Shown: positions 33,862 through 43,711 of the stretch, piece by piece
Layout of the letters: each line of letters starts with the position of its first letter
Position numbering within the stretch: position 1 is the first letter of the stretch
NCBI GenBank assembly: GCA_963764725.1
Contig: CAVXTM010000012.1
Span: 192,001-256,000 of the forward strand
Direction: 5' to 3'
DNA: 64,000 bases
Source: an uncultured Gammaproteobacteria bacterium
GTDB lineage: Bacteria; Pseudomonadota; Gammaproteobacteria; JACCXJ01
Program-made: the position numbers and the translations under genes
Notes under the pieces: generated by a model
Told to the model about the DNA's origin: nothing
What the model saw: only the letters and a program-made list of their open reading frames with translations
Databases searched by the model: none

Positions 33862-34479
33862 TCAAAGCGCGTAAACGACGCGGCTTCCGGGCGGATACCG
33901 TTCCTCCATGATGGCGCCAATATCCGCGTAGTGCGAGCGATCGACCCACCACGTCGTGTACGACGCATCCCTCAGAAGCCCAGGCAATGCCGCGTCCACG
34001 ATTCCCTCGCGCACCAACTCCGACACCTCCCTATCTCCTGGCAGCGCCGGTACCGATTTAACCAACAGCAGATGCCGAGCGGCGAGCGTATGGGCCAACC
34101 AAGCGGCAAGACTATCGGAGGTCACGCCCCAGCAGTGCGGAATTCCATCTTGCCCCCGCATCATATCCCGCGGCAGCCACACTGCGACGCGCCCCGAGGC
34201 GAGCGCATTCGTGATTTGCGCCCGATCTCGCACTGGCGCAAGACGGGGTTCGATCCCGGTCATCATCAGACCGAACTGTTCCATCGCAAGCACCGCCATT
34301 GCGTGCCCGGCCTCATCCGAAAACTTCCACTCGGATTGGGCATGGCGCACCTGGTCGGCAAACGGCCCGCCACCCGGCACGATGATCGCCCTCCCCCCGG
34401 CCTCTTCGACTAGCGCGCTGAGCCACCGCGGTAGCTCGCTCGCCCATGCTAGGCTGCCGCCTAACTTAACCACCCACAT
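33862..34479 (-). CDS. Amino-acid-kinase family protein of the H4MPT/MFR cluster (Orf21/MfnE-like)
   Basis: VVKLGGSL, VPGGGPFADQVR, WGVTSDSLAAW. Confidence 0.85.
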   Translation of the reverse strand: MWVVKLGGSLAWASELPRWLSALVEEAGGRAIIVPGGGPFADQVRHAQSEWKFSDEAGHAMAVLAMEQFGLMMTGIEPRLAPVRDRAQITNALASGRVAVWLPRDMMRGQDGIPHCWGVTSDSLAAWLAHTLAARHLLLVKSVPALPGDREVSELVREGIVDAALPGLLRDASYTTWWVDRSHYADIGAIMEERYPPGSRVVYAL

Positions 34480-35848
34480 GGGTTGCGGGCGCGGCGCTCA
34501 GCAGCTTGAGCATGGCCTCGGCTTTGTCCAAGGATTCCTGGTATTCGGCGCTCGCCTCGGAATCGTTGACGATGCCCCCGCCTGCCCAGCCGTAGATCCA
34601 GTCATCTTTGATCGCCAGTGTTCTGATGGCGATGTTGGTGTCCATGCGGCCGTCAAAGCCGATGTACCCGACGGCGCCGCAGTAAACGTTGCGGCGATGC
34701 GGCTCCAGCTCCTCGATGATCTCCATCGCGCGTAGTTTGGGCGCTCCGGTGATCGATCCGCCTGGAAAGCAGCCGGCGAGTAAATCGAGCGCATGCCGTC
34801 CGGTCTCTAAGCGCCCGGTCACGGTGCTGACGAGATGGTGCACGGTGGCGAAGCTTTCCACCTCGAACAACGCCGGCGCCTTGACAGATCCTAGCACCGA
34901 GTTCTTGCCCAAATCGTTACGCAACAGATCGACGATCATTAGATTCTCGGCGCGATCCTTCGCGCTCATGCGGAGCTCCTCCGCCAGCGCTTGGTCGCGA
35001 AGCTTGCTCGCCGACCGCGGGCGCGTGCCCTTGACGGGCCGCGTCTCGATTACGCCGTCGCGCACGTGCAGAAACCGCTCGGGCGACGAGCTTAGCACCA
35101 CCAGATCGGGCAGGCGCAGGTAGGCCGAAAACGGCGCGGGATTGAGGTACTGGAGCGCACGATAGGCAAGCCAGGGATCGCCCTCTACGCAGGCGGAAAA
35201 GCGCTGAGAAAAATTGACTTGATAACAATCCCCGTCGCGGAGGTAGCGCTTGATACGCTGAAAGCCGCGGCCGTACTCGTGCCGGGTCATATTGAAGTGC
35301 ACCGACGAGACAACCCTAAACGACCGTCTGACGGTATCGCTCGCCGAGCGCCCCAATGCCGCTCGAATCTCGAGCAACACAGCGCGGGAACCGTGATCCG
35401 AGGCGACCAAAAAGCTTCGCCGCTCGACATGATCGACCACCACCGCCCAGTCATAGATACCGACGGCCATATCGGCCACATCCAAATCGGATGTCGCCAT
35501 GACCGGCAGGCGTTCTAGCCGGCGCGCCAGGTCATAGCCGAAATAGCCCATGGCCCCGCCGGCGAACGGGAGACCCATCGGCGCAGGATGCGGATCTCCC
35601 AGCGATCGCTTGACCAACTCGAAGGGACACTCTTCTGAGATCGCCAGCGCGCGCGGAGTCTTGATTTCAGTCTGAAGACCCCGAGTCGTCAGGGTCACCG
35701 AGGGTTCAGCCGAAAAAATATCGTACCGGGCGCGCTCACCGCCGTAAGCGCCGCTATCGAGAAAGATCGACCACGGCCGGTCGGCGAAGGCAGCAAACAC
35801 CGCCCCGGTATCCTGCGTATAATTAAGCTCCTCTATGCTCGCACCCAT
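34466..35848 (-). CDS. pabB: Aminodeoxychorismate synthase component I
   Basis: GDCYQVN, SSSPERF, ENLMIVDLLRND, FPGGSITGAPK; start taken at MGASIEEL. Confidence 0.9.
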   Translation of the reverse strand: MGASIEELNYTQDTGAVFAAFADRPWSIFLDSGAYGGERARYDIFSAEPSVTLTTRGLQTEIKTPRALAISEECPFELVKRSLGDPHPAPMGLPFAGGAMGYFGYDLARRLERLPVMATSDLDVADMAVGIYDWAVVVDHVERRSFLVASDHGSRAVLLEIRAALGRSASDTVRRSFRVVSSVHFNMTRHEYGRGFQRIKRYLRDGDCYQVNFSQRFSACVEGDPWLAYRALQYLNPAPFSAYLRLPDLVVLSSSPERFLHVRDGVIETRPVKGTRPRSASKLRDQALAEELRMSAKDRAENLMIVDLLRNDLGKNSVLGSVKAPALFEVESFATVHHLVSTVTGRLETGRHALDLLAGCFPGGSITGAPKLRAMEIIEELEPHRRNVYCGAVGYIGFDGRMDTNIAIRTLAIKDDWIYGWAGGGIVNDSEASAEYQESLDKAEAMLKLLSAAPATHVGG

Positions 35849-36894
35849 GGGTGATCCTGGATGAGATACGCGACGGCAACGGCCGGTGCGCATAGGGCCG
35901 CTCCCTCTGCGTAGGCGCCGGCCTCGGGCAGCAAGTCGGAGAAATCGATGTATGGATGGTTCAATTGGCGCGCGAGATCACGGACAATAAATCGACCGAC
36001 CCCGGCGCCGACCAAGGGCAGGGCCTGCGCCGCGGGCCGTCTGGAAAACATGCGCTCCAGGGCCTGCTGGATCCGATCCCGCTGCACCCCGGCAATATAA
36101 CGTGCCAGCCCACGCCATTTGTCCGGTTCACCTGCATCGGCATCGCGCCCTAGCATCCGCGCCAGGCGCCGCGCACACGCCTCGATGTCGCTACCCCCGC
36201 CGTCGGCGGTCTCACGCGGTACTAGAACCCCCAGTGCGGCTGCGTGCAGATCTCCGGTAAGCGTGTAGACATCGGCCATGGTCGCGAAACGCTCCGCGGT
36301 GACGGACTGCCATTCGCCCCGGAACGGCGCCCGCGACACCACAGCAAAAACCGGAGTTCGAATGACCCCGGTGTACACAAGCTCCTCGCTGCCGAGCCTT
36401 TCAGCATCTGTGTAACCGCGAAAACAAACGTTGCCCCGGCTGAACTCGACGATATCGGTGGTCGTGCTGCCGATATCCACCAAGATCCCACAATCACAAT
36501 GCCTTGCCGCGAGGTGCCCGCTTGCATGCCAATTGGCCGATGCGATCTCGTAACAATAGCGCGCAGAGTCCGCCGCGGCGACGAAACCGGCCTTCCCCGC
36601 GTACACGCTCAATGGGACATCGCCGAGGACCGCCATCGACCTTTCCAACAAGCACCGCACACCCTCGCAGCGATCAGGGAAGATGTCTGCGAGCTCGCCG
36701 GTCATGGTCACCGCATGTGCGTCCCCGTGGATCTCGTTGACCACCGACGCTAGCGCCTGATCGAACACATCCAAGCCCTGCCATAGGGGGCATGGAATTT
36801 GTCTGACCCCGAGGAGGCGTCCACTGTTTCCCACCTTAGCCACCTTGAGGTGAGCTCCGCCAAAGTCCCACCCCATGTACGCGTTTACTGCCAT
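35833..36894 (-). CDS. H4MPT-linked C1 pathway protein Orf9 (hydantoinase/oxoprolinase family, MfnF-like)
   Basis: GWDFGGAHLK, CPLWQG, VTMTGELADIF, ASANW, DIGSTTTD, ELVYTG..RTP. Confidence 0.88.
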   Translation of the reverse strand: MAVNAYMGWDFGGAHLKVAKVGNSGRLLGVRQIPCPLWQGLDVFDQALASVVNEIHGDAHAVTMTGELADIFPDRCEGVRCLLERSMAVLGDVPLSVYAGKAGFVAAADSARYCYEIASANWHASGHLAARHCDCGILVDIGSTTTDIVEFSRGNVCFRGYTDAERLGSEELVYTGVIRTPVFAVVSRAPFRGEWQSVTAERFATMADVYTLTGDLHAAALGVLVPRETADGGGSDIEACARRLARMLGRDADAGEPDKWRGLARYIAGVQRDRIQQALERMFSRRPAAQALPLVGAGVGRFIVRDLARQLNHPYIDFSDLLPEAGAYAEGAALCAPAVAVAYLIQDHPWVRA

Positions 36895-36907
36895 CGTGTC
36901 CTGCACG

Positions 36908-37030
36908 TGATTCTGAATACCCCGCCGTTTACGGCGCGACACTTTAGCATTGGGGTTTCCAAAGGGAAGTAGTGCAACTCTCCTCTTTGATCAAGGGCGG
37001 GCTTCATACTCCGCCCGCGAAGTAAAATTT
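36908..37030 (-). repeat. Dispersed three-hairpin repeat, copy C
   Basis: Closely similar to copy D over about 120 bp. Confidence 0.9.
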
Positions 37031-37997
37031 ATATTGCGCCACGGGACGAATACGCGCTTACAGCACCGGGGATCCGCATACAGGCATCCACTACCGGTGC
37101 GGCGGGATTAAACCCCAGAGACTGCCGCAAACCCACGTACGCCTCTGTAAGGCGCGGATTGATCTCCATCACCATGGGACCCGACTCCGTGATCACTAGA
37201 TCGATCCCTATATAGCCCCGCAGCCCCGGCATCGCTTCCAGAATTCGGCTTACTAATTCCTCGAACTCATGCCGGCGATGCGCTAGCGCATTCACCGCCA
37301 CGCCAGAATATACGAGCCGGTGGTCGGTTATCTGTATTCGCTGCGCGTTGCATGCGAGTAAGCTATGCGATCCATCATAGCACAGCACGCTCAGACTGGC
37401 CGGGATCCCGGGTATATACGGCTGAACAACTAAGCCATGGGCCCACTTTCCGGAACTGATGACGTCCTCCGCGCGCCGGAAATAATAGGTTTCTTCACAC
37501 CCAGCGCCATCGTCCGGTTTGATTACCCAACCGCCATCGCTTGAGGGTAATTCCGTGTTCAGGTACATGGTGTCCGCCACCGGGACATGATGCCTCTTAA
37601 GCGCGCGCGCCGTGCGAAACTTGCTAGCCGTAACCTGGACCGCTCGGGGATGGCACCCGATCAAGATCCGGTTTTTATCGAGCACGCAGCGGTTCAAACG
37701 TTCTAAAACACCCCCCGTCTCGGGTGCGATCGGCCATACGGCATCGGCAGCCTCGATACATTGCTCCCAGCGCTCCCAAACCGATCGCTGAGGCAAAATG
37801 ACCCGCGTCTCGATGCCGGGATCCAAAGATGCGAGACGTGCGTCACGTGTGGTCGCTGTCTTGACCGTGGGGATCGCGCGGAGATCGTCGAGGAGTGCCC
37901 GTAACATTGCATCGCCCGCCGCGGCGAGCGCGACCGGAAGCGCCTCGCCCGCGAGCCCGCCGCCGGTAATATACTCGCACACGAAGATGCGCGGCAT
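37029..37997 (-). CDS. ATP-grasp protein Orf1 (MfnD-like tyramine-glutamate ligase)
   Basis: CEYITGGG, IAPETGGVL, IKPDDGAGC, GYIGIDL, EINPRLT. Confidence 0.85.
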   Translation of the reverse strand: MPRIFVCEYITGGGLAGEALPVALAAAGDAMLRALLDDLRAIPTVKTATTRDARLASLDPGIETRVILPQRSVWERWEQCIEAADAVWPIAPETGGVLERLNRCVLDKNRILIGCHPRAVQVTASKFRTARALKRHHVPVADTMYLNTELPSSDGGWVIKPDDGAGCEETYYFRRAEDVISSGKWAHGLVVQPYIPGIPASLSVLCYDGSHSLLACNAQRIQITDHRLVYSGVAVNALAHRRHEFEELVSRILEAMPGLRGYIGIDLVITESGPMVMEINPRLTEAYVGLRQSLGFNPAAPVVDACMRIPGAVSAYSSRGAI

Positions 37998-38002
37998 CTC
38001 GG

Positions 38003-38038
38003 AAAAAACATGCCCCGGTATTGACTACCGGGGCATGT
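38003..38038 (-). terminator. Intrinsic terminator/attenuator after fae
   Basis: Minus strand ACATGCCCCGGTA-GTCAA-TACCGGGGCATGT followed by a T-run. Confidence 0.75.
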
Positions 38039-38078
38039 CACACAATCAACGTCGTGTCGGGGAGACCACGACTACCCG

Positions 38079-38588
38079 TTACACGTGGTCAGCAAAGGGA
38101 TGTGCCGTATTCTTCTTGGCGACGACGTCCATCGCCTTCGGCAAACGCTTGACCGCACGTTCGATGGATTCCTTGGTCGCCTGGTAGTTGAAATCCTGGA
38201 TTTTCTTGTTGTCCTCGGCTTCCCAGTGAATGAACACGCCCACGCAGATAAAAATATCCTCCGCCTCGCTGGCGGGGATAATGCCGCTTTGGACCGAATC
38301 AACGACGGCCATGGCGACCGCGCGTTGCGCCGGACCGAACATCTGCACGGCCTGCTTAGCGCCCTTGATGGTGACCTTGTTAAAAAGGATGGTGTTGGGT
38401 TTACACGGCAAGTTTGGCGATACGACCGCCAGCAAGGTGCTGCACCCGTCCTTCTGGTTGGTCAAGGCATTGCAGAACGCGGCCTCGGCGGCGCTTCCCC
38501 GCGGTCCCATGATAAGATCGACGTGCGCGATCTCGTTGCCATCCCCGACTAAGGATTCCCCGACTAATACTCTGTCAACGACTGCCAT
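38079..38588 (-). CDS. fae: Formaldehyde-activating enzyme
   Basis: [46 protein letters not shown]; AGGAG RBS before ATG 38588. Confidence 0.96.
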   Translation of the reverse strand: MAVVDRVLVGESLVGDGNEIAHVDLIMGPRGSAAEAAFCNALTNQKDGCSTLLAVVSPNLPCKPNTILFNKVTIKGAKQAVQMFGPAQRAVAMAVVDSVQSGIIPASEAEDIFICVGVFIHWEAEDNKKIQDFNYQATKESIERAVKRLPKAMDVVAKKNTAHPFADHV

Positions 38589-38692
38589 AGTTTTAGCTCC
38601 TATTACTTCTCCAGTTGAAGTTTGTCCGACAAGTGTTCTGAAGATAGACATCGCTTGCCACCTTATTTATTACGGAAAAGGATCTCACCCCA

Positions 38693-40513
38693 TTACCGAG
38701 CTACTGCAGCCGCAACAGCCTGATCGCGATTGAGCCCCGCCAGGAGGTATTCTAAATGGAACGCCAGCAGGCTCGCCACGGTCAGATCGGCGCTGGTCCC
38801 GGGATTGAGCCCCTCCCGTTTTAAATTATTATCGAATTCCTGCAACAAAGGCATTGCATTGATTAAATTTTCGCACGCCTTGAACTGGGATTCCACTTCT
38901 TTTGCAATTCGACGCACTCCTTCGGCCCGTTCTGGTCCGTATTTGCGCTCGATATGGCTGTCCCGAAACGCCGCCAGAAAGTGTAAGTAACAGGCCACGG
39001 TCGCCCACCGCAGCGCCATCGCATCGTTGCACCCCGGCTTGATGTAGCGCTCGATACAGGGCACGCCGATGTTAAAAATCTCAATAAAATCGTTAGCGTA
39101 TTGGAAGGCGATCCTATCCCAGGCCTGAGCTTCGGCCATCGCTGCGCGCAAGCTAACAGTGGGATCGCTGCGCACATCGAAATGCTCACGCCGGCCAAGC
39201 CCCGCGGGCGCGGCCAGCGCGATTGCAGCAAAGACCCGACTTGTGTCACCGTGTGTCAGCGAGCGCAGTACTGCTTTGAGCCGCGGCCGCAGCCGCCCTT
39301 GCGGCGATTCCATGAGGACAGAATGCACCAGCGGCGCGCATAGCAGCACTATGCCGAGATTGGTGTTACATCCGACGGCCCGCTGCGTTGCTTCAATGCT
39401 ACGCAGGATGCGTTCGCCAACGCTAAAATCCTGCGCGCAGAGCAGCGGCGCCGCCGCTTCGGCGCTACGAATAAAATCGGCGGCGCTCATTCCGTGCCCG
39501 GGCGCCTGCACGCTGACGTTTCCCGGCTTCAACGCCTCGAGATCCAGCCGGCAGCTCCAGAGCCAAGCCTCGGCGACCGCGGGCGCGGCGATCCGGATCA
39601 TGATGAACGCACCCCATGGCGGGGCCGGACCGCGTCCATGCAGCGCCAGAAAATGGTCCACGAGCCGCTCGGCGATATCGAAGCTCGTGACGCCTTGCAG
39701 GCCCTGCCAGGCCGGAACGCTATTGACCTCGGTGACCAAGAAACGCCCGTCTCGGTCCTGCATCAAATCGACGCCGGCGTAATCGATGACCACCGCCCGC
39801 GCAGCCTCCTCGGCCAGCATGGCCAGCGGCGCATCGAGAGGGACGGCAAAGCAACGGCCCCCGCGCGCCCGATTGGTGATCCAGTGCGCGCTGCGGCGCT
39901 GCATCACCGCCACGGCGTGGCCATCGATCACCAACACCCGCCAATCGCGCCACGCGCCGTCGCGGCTGTCGATATATCGCTGGAGGTAATACACCTGGCC
40001 GAAGGCTTCCGGATCCGGTAAGGCCTCGGCGCGATCGACCAAGGTGACACCGACCCCTTGGGAGCCGAACAAGGGTTTCATCACCAGCGGCGTATTTCTC
40101 GCCAGCTCGCGTTCGACCAACGCGCGCGCTTCCGACTCGGCTTCGAGCACCCAGGTGTCCGGCGTCGGGATCCCGGCTCGGTTGAGCAAAAAACTGGTCA
40201 TCGCTTTGTCGACCGTACGCTCAATTGCGCGTCCATCGTTGTAAACCACGACTCCGAGCTCCCGCAAGGCATGGAGCAAATCAAGCCGCAGGATGACCTG
40301 TTCCAAGGTGCCTCCGGGGACACCGCGTATGAACACCCCCGCGGGCGGCTCACGTTCGAATCCGGGGATGACGACCGGCTTCGGACGGTTGAGATCGAAT
40401 CGGCATGCCGTCAAGGACACGGTGAGGCACTCGAAACCCCGCGCTTTGAGGGCGCGTTTCAATACCGCGCCGTGCCAACCGGGATCATCCGTGACAATAG
40501 CCACGCAGGGCAT
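38693..40513 (-). CDS. Single ORF joining Orf5 (RimK-like glutamate ligase) and Orf7 (CitG-like)
   Basis: N-half KPLFGSQG, GVDLM, EVNSVPAW; C-half KPGNV, NTNLG, DSHIERKYG, LNPGTSADL. Confidence 0.85.
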   Translation of the reverse strand: MPCVAIVTDDPGWHGAVLKRALKARGFECLTVSLTACRFDLNRPKPVVIPGFEREPPAGVFIRGVPGGTLEQVILRLDLLHALRELGVVVYNDGRAIERTVDKAMTSFLLNRAGIPTPDTWVLEAESEARALVERELARNTPLVMKPLFGSQGVGVTLVDRAEALPDPEAFGQVYYLQRYIDSRDGAWRDWRVLVIDGHAVAVMQRRSAHWITNRARGGRCFAVPLDAPLAMLAEEAARAVVIDYAGVDLMQDRDGRFLVTEVNSVPAWQGLQGVTSFDIAERLVDHFLALHGRGPAPPWGAFIMIRIAAPAVAEAWLWSCRLDLEALKPGNVSVQAPGHGMSAADFIRSAEAAAPLLCAQDFSVGERILRSIEATQRAVGCNTNLGIVLLCAPLVHSVLMESPQGRLRPRLKAVLRSLTHGDTSRVFAAIALAAPAGLGRREHFDVRSDPTVSLRAAMAEAQAWDRIAFQYANDFIEIFNIGVPCIERYIKPGCNDAMALRWATVACYLHFLAAFRDSHIERKYGPERAEGVRRIAKEVESQFKACENLINAMPLLQEFDNNLKREGLNPGTSADLTVASLLAFHLEYLLAGLNRDQAVAAAVAR

Positions 40514-40523
40514 AGGCTGGGAA

Positions 40524-41489
40524 CTAGGAAAATGACTGATCGAGCAAGGCTTCGTTGAATTTGCCGCCGTGGTAGGTCTTTCCGGTCCGGACCGAGCTTA
40601 TCGTGATCCGCGCCGGGCTGAACAGCCCCGGATCGATCGCGTAGAAATTATAATTGTAATCCTTAAATATCGCGGCAAAAGGTTTCCCGTAGTCACGCGA
40701 GGAACTGCTCGGCAGCTTGTGCGCCAGATCCTGCGCGTCGCCATCGCTACAGTCGACATAAAGCGTTACGTAACCTCCATACAGGATGGCATCGTTGGTG
40801 CGGCCCATCGCAGTGATTAGGTCTTTAGAGGGTGGACAGACCGGCGCCGTCGCCATGCCATCGACGATCGTGGACAGCGGGAAGCCAAGCGTGTGCACCC
40901 GATGCAACGACACCTCGAGGGAGCGCGCCACAACTTGCACCGCCCCGCATAGGCTCGTGGTCGGCGTGAGGATAAGGGTCAGGTCCTGAGGTTTGATGGC
41001 GCAGAAGTTCGCGACTTTCTCTGCGATTTCGACCGGAGGCCGTTCCTTGACCTCCAAGACCAAACAGGCCTGGTCGAAAGCGTCTCGATACCCGAGCTCT
41101 TGAAACAGGGGCTCGTGGCTGCCGATGGCCCGGGCCGGACCGGATCCCAACGCTTTAAAGGCACCCTTGCCCTCCCCGTATTCGAGGCTCCACCCCGCGT
41201 ATTGGCTCGCCAAGCAGGCCAGCACCGCGTTCGAGGTATACACATCAAGCTGCCACGGCGAATGCGGAAAGTCCCCCCCGGCGCGAATACTAACCCGCCC
41301 GAGGCCGCCCAGACAGATCTCGGCGATGCGCCGCCCGGCCTCGATCCCGCCCAAAACCGCGATTCCGGCGTCCACAACGACAGTCCCGTTCGTTAAGGAA
41401 TCCACCGCCAATCTCAGCGCCACGGCATCGGCGATCAGAGCTTGCACCAAAGGCTGCGCTAAAGCATTCACACTGGGTTGGTTATTCAT
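40524..41489 (-). CDS. mch: Methenyl-H4MPT cyclohydrolase
   Basis: CLASQYAGW, GSGPARA, MGRTNDAILYGG, PSSSSRDYGKPF, LFSPA; start at MNNQPSVN. Confidence 0.96.
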   Translation of the reverse strand: MNNQPSVNALAQPLVQALIADAVALRLAVDSLTNGTVVVDAGIAVLGGIEAGRRIAEICLGGLGRVSIRAGGDFPHSPWQLDVYTSNAVLACLASQYAGWSLEYGEGKGAFKALGSGPARAIGSHEPLFQELGYRDAFDQACLVLEVKERPPVEIAEKVANFCAIKPQDLTLILTPTTSLCGAVQVVARSLEVSLHRVHTLGFPLSTIVDGMATAPVCPPSKDLITAMGRTNDAILYGGYVTLYVDCSDGDAQDLAHKLPSSSSRDYGKPFAAIFKDYNYNFYAIDPGLFSPARITISSVRTGKTYHGGKFNEALLDQSFS

Positions 41490-41490
41490 C

Positions 41491-41614
41491 TTTATTCTGA
41501 ATACCCCGCCGTTTACGGCGGGCACTTTACCATTGGGGTTTCCAAAGGGGAGTAGTGCAACTCCCCCTTTGGTCAAGGGCGGGGATCATACTCCGCCCGC
41601 GAAGTAAAATTGAT
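41491..41614 (-). repeat. Dispersed three-hairpin repeat, copy D (abuts the mch start)
   Basis: TTTATTCTGAATACCCCGCCGTTTACGGCGGG...GGGGTTTCCAAAGGGGAGTAGTGCAACTCCCCCTTTGG...GGGCGGGGATCATACTCCGCCC...AAATTGAT. Confidence 0.9.
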
Positions 41615-41638
41615 TAATTTCACGCCATCGCCCGGTTT

Positions 41639-42736
41639 CTAGCCCGCTGTAAGCACCGCCAGCAACTTTTGACATCGGGTATCCAGGAACCGAGTCACAG
41701 CACCCGGTTCACACCCCGCTGCGTGCACCGTACAGATTGGCTCGCCCGCGCGCACGCGCGAACCCGCTGCCGGCCGATCACGGCTCCAGCGGGGCCATGG
41801 ATGCCGGATCTGCAGCGCATGCGGCGCGTAGAGAACCCGCACCGCGGCGATCTTGTTTTCTTGCGGGCCGGCCCGGGCCGGCAATCGCCCGCGGCAGGCG
41901 TCGACGTGGACTGTGAATAATCCGCCATCCCTCTCGTGCAATTCAAAGCTCGCGGTCGGACGCGGGTTGATCTCGAGGAGAGTCCAGCGCTCGTCATCAT
42001 CGACAATGAAATCCGCGCCGCAAAGACCGCGCAAACCAAACGCCGAGGTAAGCTCCGGGACGACCTGCGCCAGATCCTTACGCACTCGCGCGGGTAAACT
42101 TCGATCCGCGATTGCGCCGCGATGCGTGAACGTGCCAGGCTCCTGCCAGATCGCGTTATAGCCGACGATCGTCGCTCCGCGCCCGTTCGCCGCGAAGACC
42201 ACCGACTGTACCCGCCCGGCGACGGCGCGCTGTAAAAAATACCCCGGCGGACATTGGCGGTCCGCTCCTAAAGGCCGGACGTGCATGCCGCCTGAGCCGC
42301 CGATGCGCTTCCGTAACCACCCGCGCGAGTCGCCGGGGAGGCTCGAGCGTGTGTCTGGATGCGGGATCCCCAACCGCGACAAAGCGGCAAAAAAACTTGC
42401 AGGTTCTTTGACAGAACGGACAATCTCCGCCGCGTTACCGAGTAACTCCGCGCTCGCTGGCAGAGCGTCCAACAACGCTGGGTCCTGTTCGAAACCGCTG
42501 CCGGCGACCACGCCTGCGATGCGATCGCGTGCGCCCACCTTTTCGACCGCGGTGCATAAGGTCTCGCGATCGAAACCTTGGGGTCCCGGACGAACGCGCG
42601 CTGCGCTCCGCGCGAACGCATGCGTATCGCGATCGGCGAAGAGATCGACCACGTGCACCGCAGCACGGCTCCGCTGCGCGGACTGAGCGAGAGCGCGGCC
42701 CGATTGGCCGATGATGAGGTAGGCGGACTCAGCCAG
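41639..42736 (-). CDS. ATP-grasp protein OrfY (methanopterin/methylofuran biosynthesis), probable CTG start
   Basis: SGRALAQSA..., DLFADRDT, GSGFE, GGSGG, EINPRPTAS; the frame is open upstream to CTG at 42736 with GGGAGA 6 nt before it. Confidence 0.85.
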   Translation of the reverse strand: MAESAYLIIGQSGRALAQSAQRSRAAVHVVDLFADRDTHAFARSAARVRPGPQGFDRETLCTAVEKVGARDRIAGVVAGSGFEQDPALLDALPASAELLGNAAEIVRSVKEPASFFAALSRLGIPHPDTRSSLPGDSRGWLRKRIGGSGGMHVRPLGADRQCPPGYFLQRAVAGRVQSVVFAANGRGATIVGYNAIWQEPGTFTHRGAIADRSLPARVRKDLAQVVPELTSAFGLRGLCGADFIVDDDERWTLLEINPRPTASFELHERDGGLFTVHVDACRGRLPARAGPQENKIAAVRVLYAPHALQIRHPWPRWSRDRPAAGSRVRAGEPICTVHAAGCEPGAVTRFLDTRCQKLLAVLTAG

Positions 42737-43637
42737 CGGCGATCTCCCGGGCTATTTCAAAGGCCTTGATGTGATCCAGATACACGGGTTTCTCCGCCTG
42801 AATCATGAGTTGAAACAGGCGATAATGAACCTGGTATTTGACATTGCCGATCGCCAAGGCGCCGATGCCGAGGGCCTTGGCCGGAGTCGATTCAAGCACC
42901 TTACCCTTGTCATTAACGCCGACGCCCTCGATCCCGGCCGGGGGCACCGCGTTCACGTCGGCTGCCACCAGAAGCTCAGACGCGGTCCCGAGTTGATCGC
43001 GCGACAGCACTTGAAATCCGGCCTTGGCGGCGCCGACGACCACATGGGCCCGCGGTAGGAACGCGCGTATGGACGCGTCATTGCTGCTGTCGGCGCCCTG
43101 AAGTTTGACACCGTAACGTTCGTTGTAGGGCGCCGCCGCCTTCACGGCGGCGTCGGCACCCCGCTGGCTCGCGAGAAACATATTGGCGCCGCTGTTCGAT
43201 CCCAATATTCCCGCGCATACACCGACGGGTCCCGTCCCGCCGAAGACATAGACGTTGGCGCCGGACAATCCCTGCGCGCGGCCTTTCTTCTTAAGCGCCG
43301 TTTCCACGCAGGCCATGAGCGCCGCGGCCGTAGTGATCGCCCCGCTCGGATCGGCGAATACAGAAACCTCGAAAGGAGGCACCATGGCCTTTTTCGCCTC
43401 CTCCAACATATCGATCGCGAGCCCGAAGTCGCGGCCCCCGAGAAAGATACCGGTCCGCTTCACGCCGGTGGGGCTGCGAGAAAATATCGTGTCTTGGGTC
43501 AACGCGTAGATATCCTCCAGGGCAACGTTGGTATAGGGGATCACACCGTTGAACTCTGCCTCATAGGCCATATTGACGTCGAACGGGCTCACGTTCTTCG
43601 TCGGGTTGAACATGTGTAATAAATAGGGGTCTTTCAT
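42729..43637 (-). CDS. mtdB: NAD(P)-dependent methylene-H4MPT dehydrogenase
   Basis: SPFDVNMAY, QDTIFSR, VPPFEVSVFADPSGA, DVNAVPPAGI, GALAIGNVKY. Confidence 0.93.
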   Translation of the reverse strand: MKDPYLLHMFNPTKNVSPFDVNMAYEAEFNGVIPYTNVALEDIYALTQDTIFSRSPTGVKRTGIFLGGRDFGLAIDMLEEAKKAMVPPFEVSVFADPSGAITTAAALMACVETALKKKGRAQGLSGANVYVFGGTGPVGVCAGILGSNSGANMFLASQRGADAAVKAAAPYNERYGVKLQGADSSNDASIRAFLPRAHVVVGAAKAGFQVLSRDQLGTASELLVAADVNAVPPAGIEGVGVNDKGKVLESTPAKALGIGALAIGNVKYQVHYRLFQLMIQAEKPVYLDHIKAFEIAREIAAG

Positions 43638-43711
43638 TTTACCGTCCGTTTATTTTTAATGAATTCCGCTGCGGGCTTATGGTCGCGGCCTGCGCTACTT
43701 CGGTCTTGAAA

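Noticed and set aside
22594-41614. CRISPR interpretation of the repeated element
   Set aside because: Copies are about 120 bp, kilobases apart, without spacers or cas genes.
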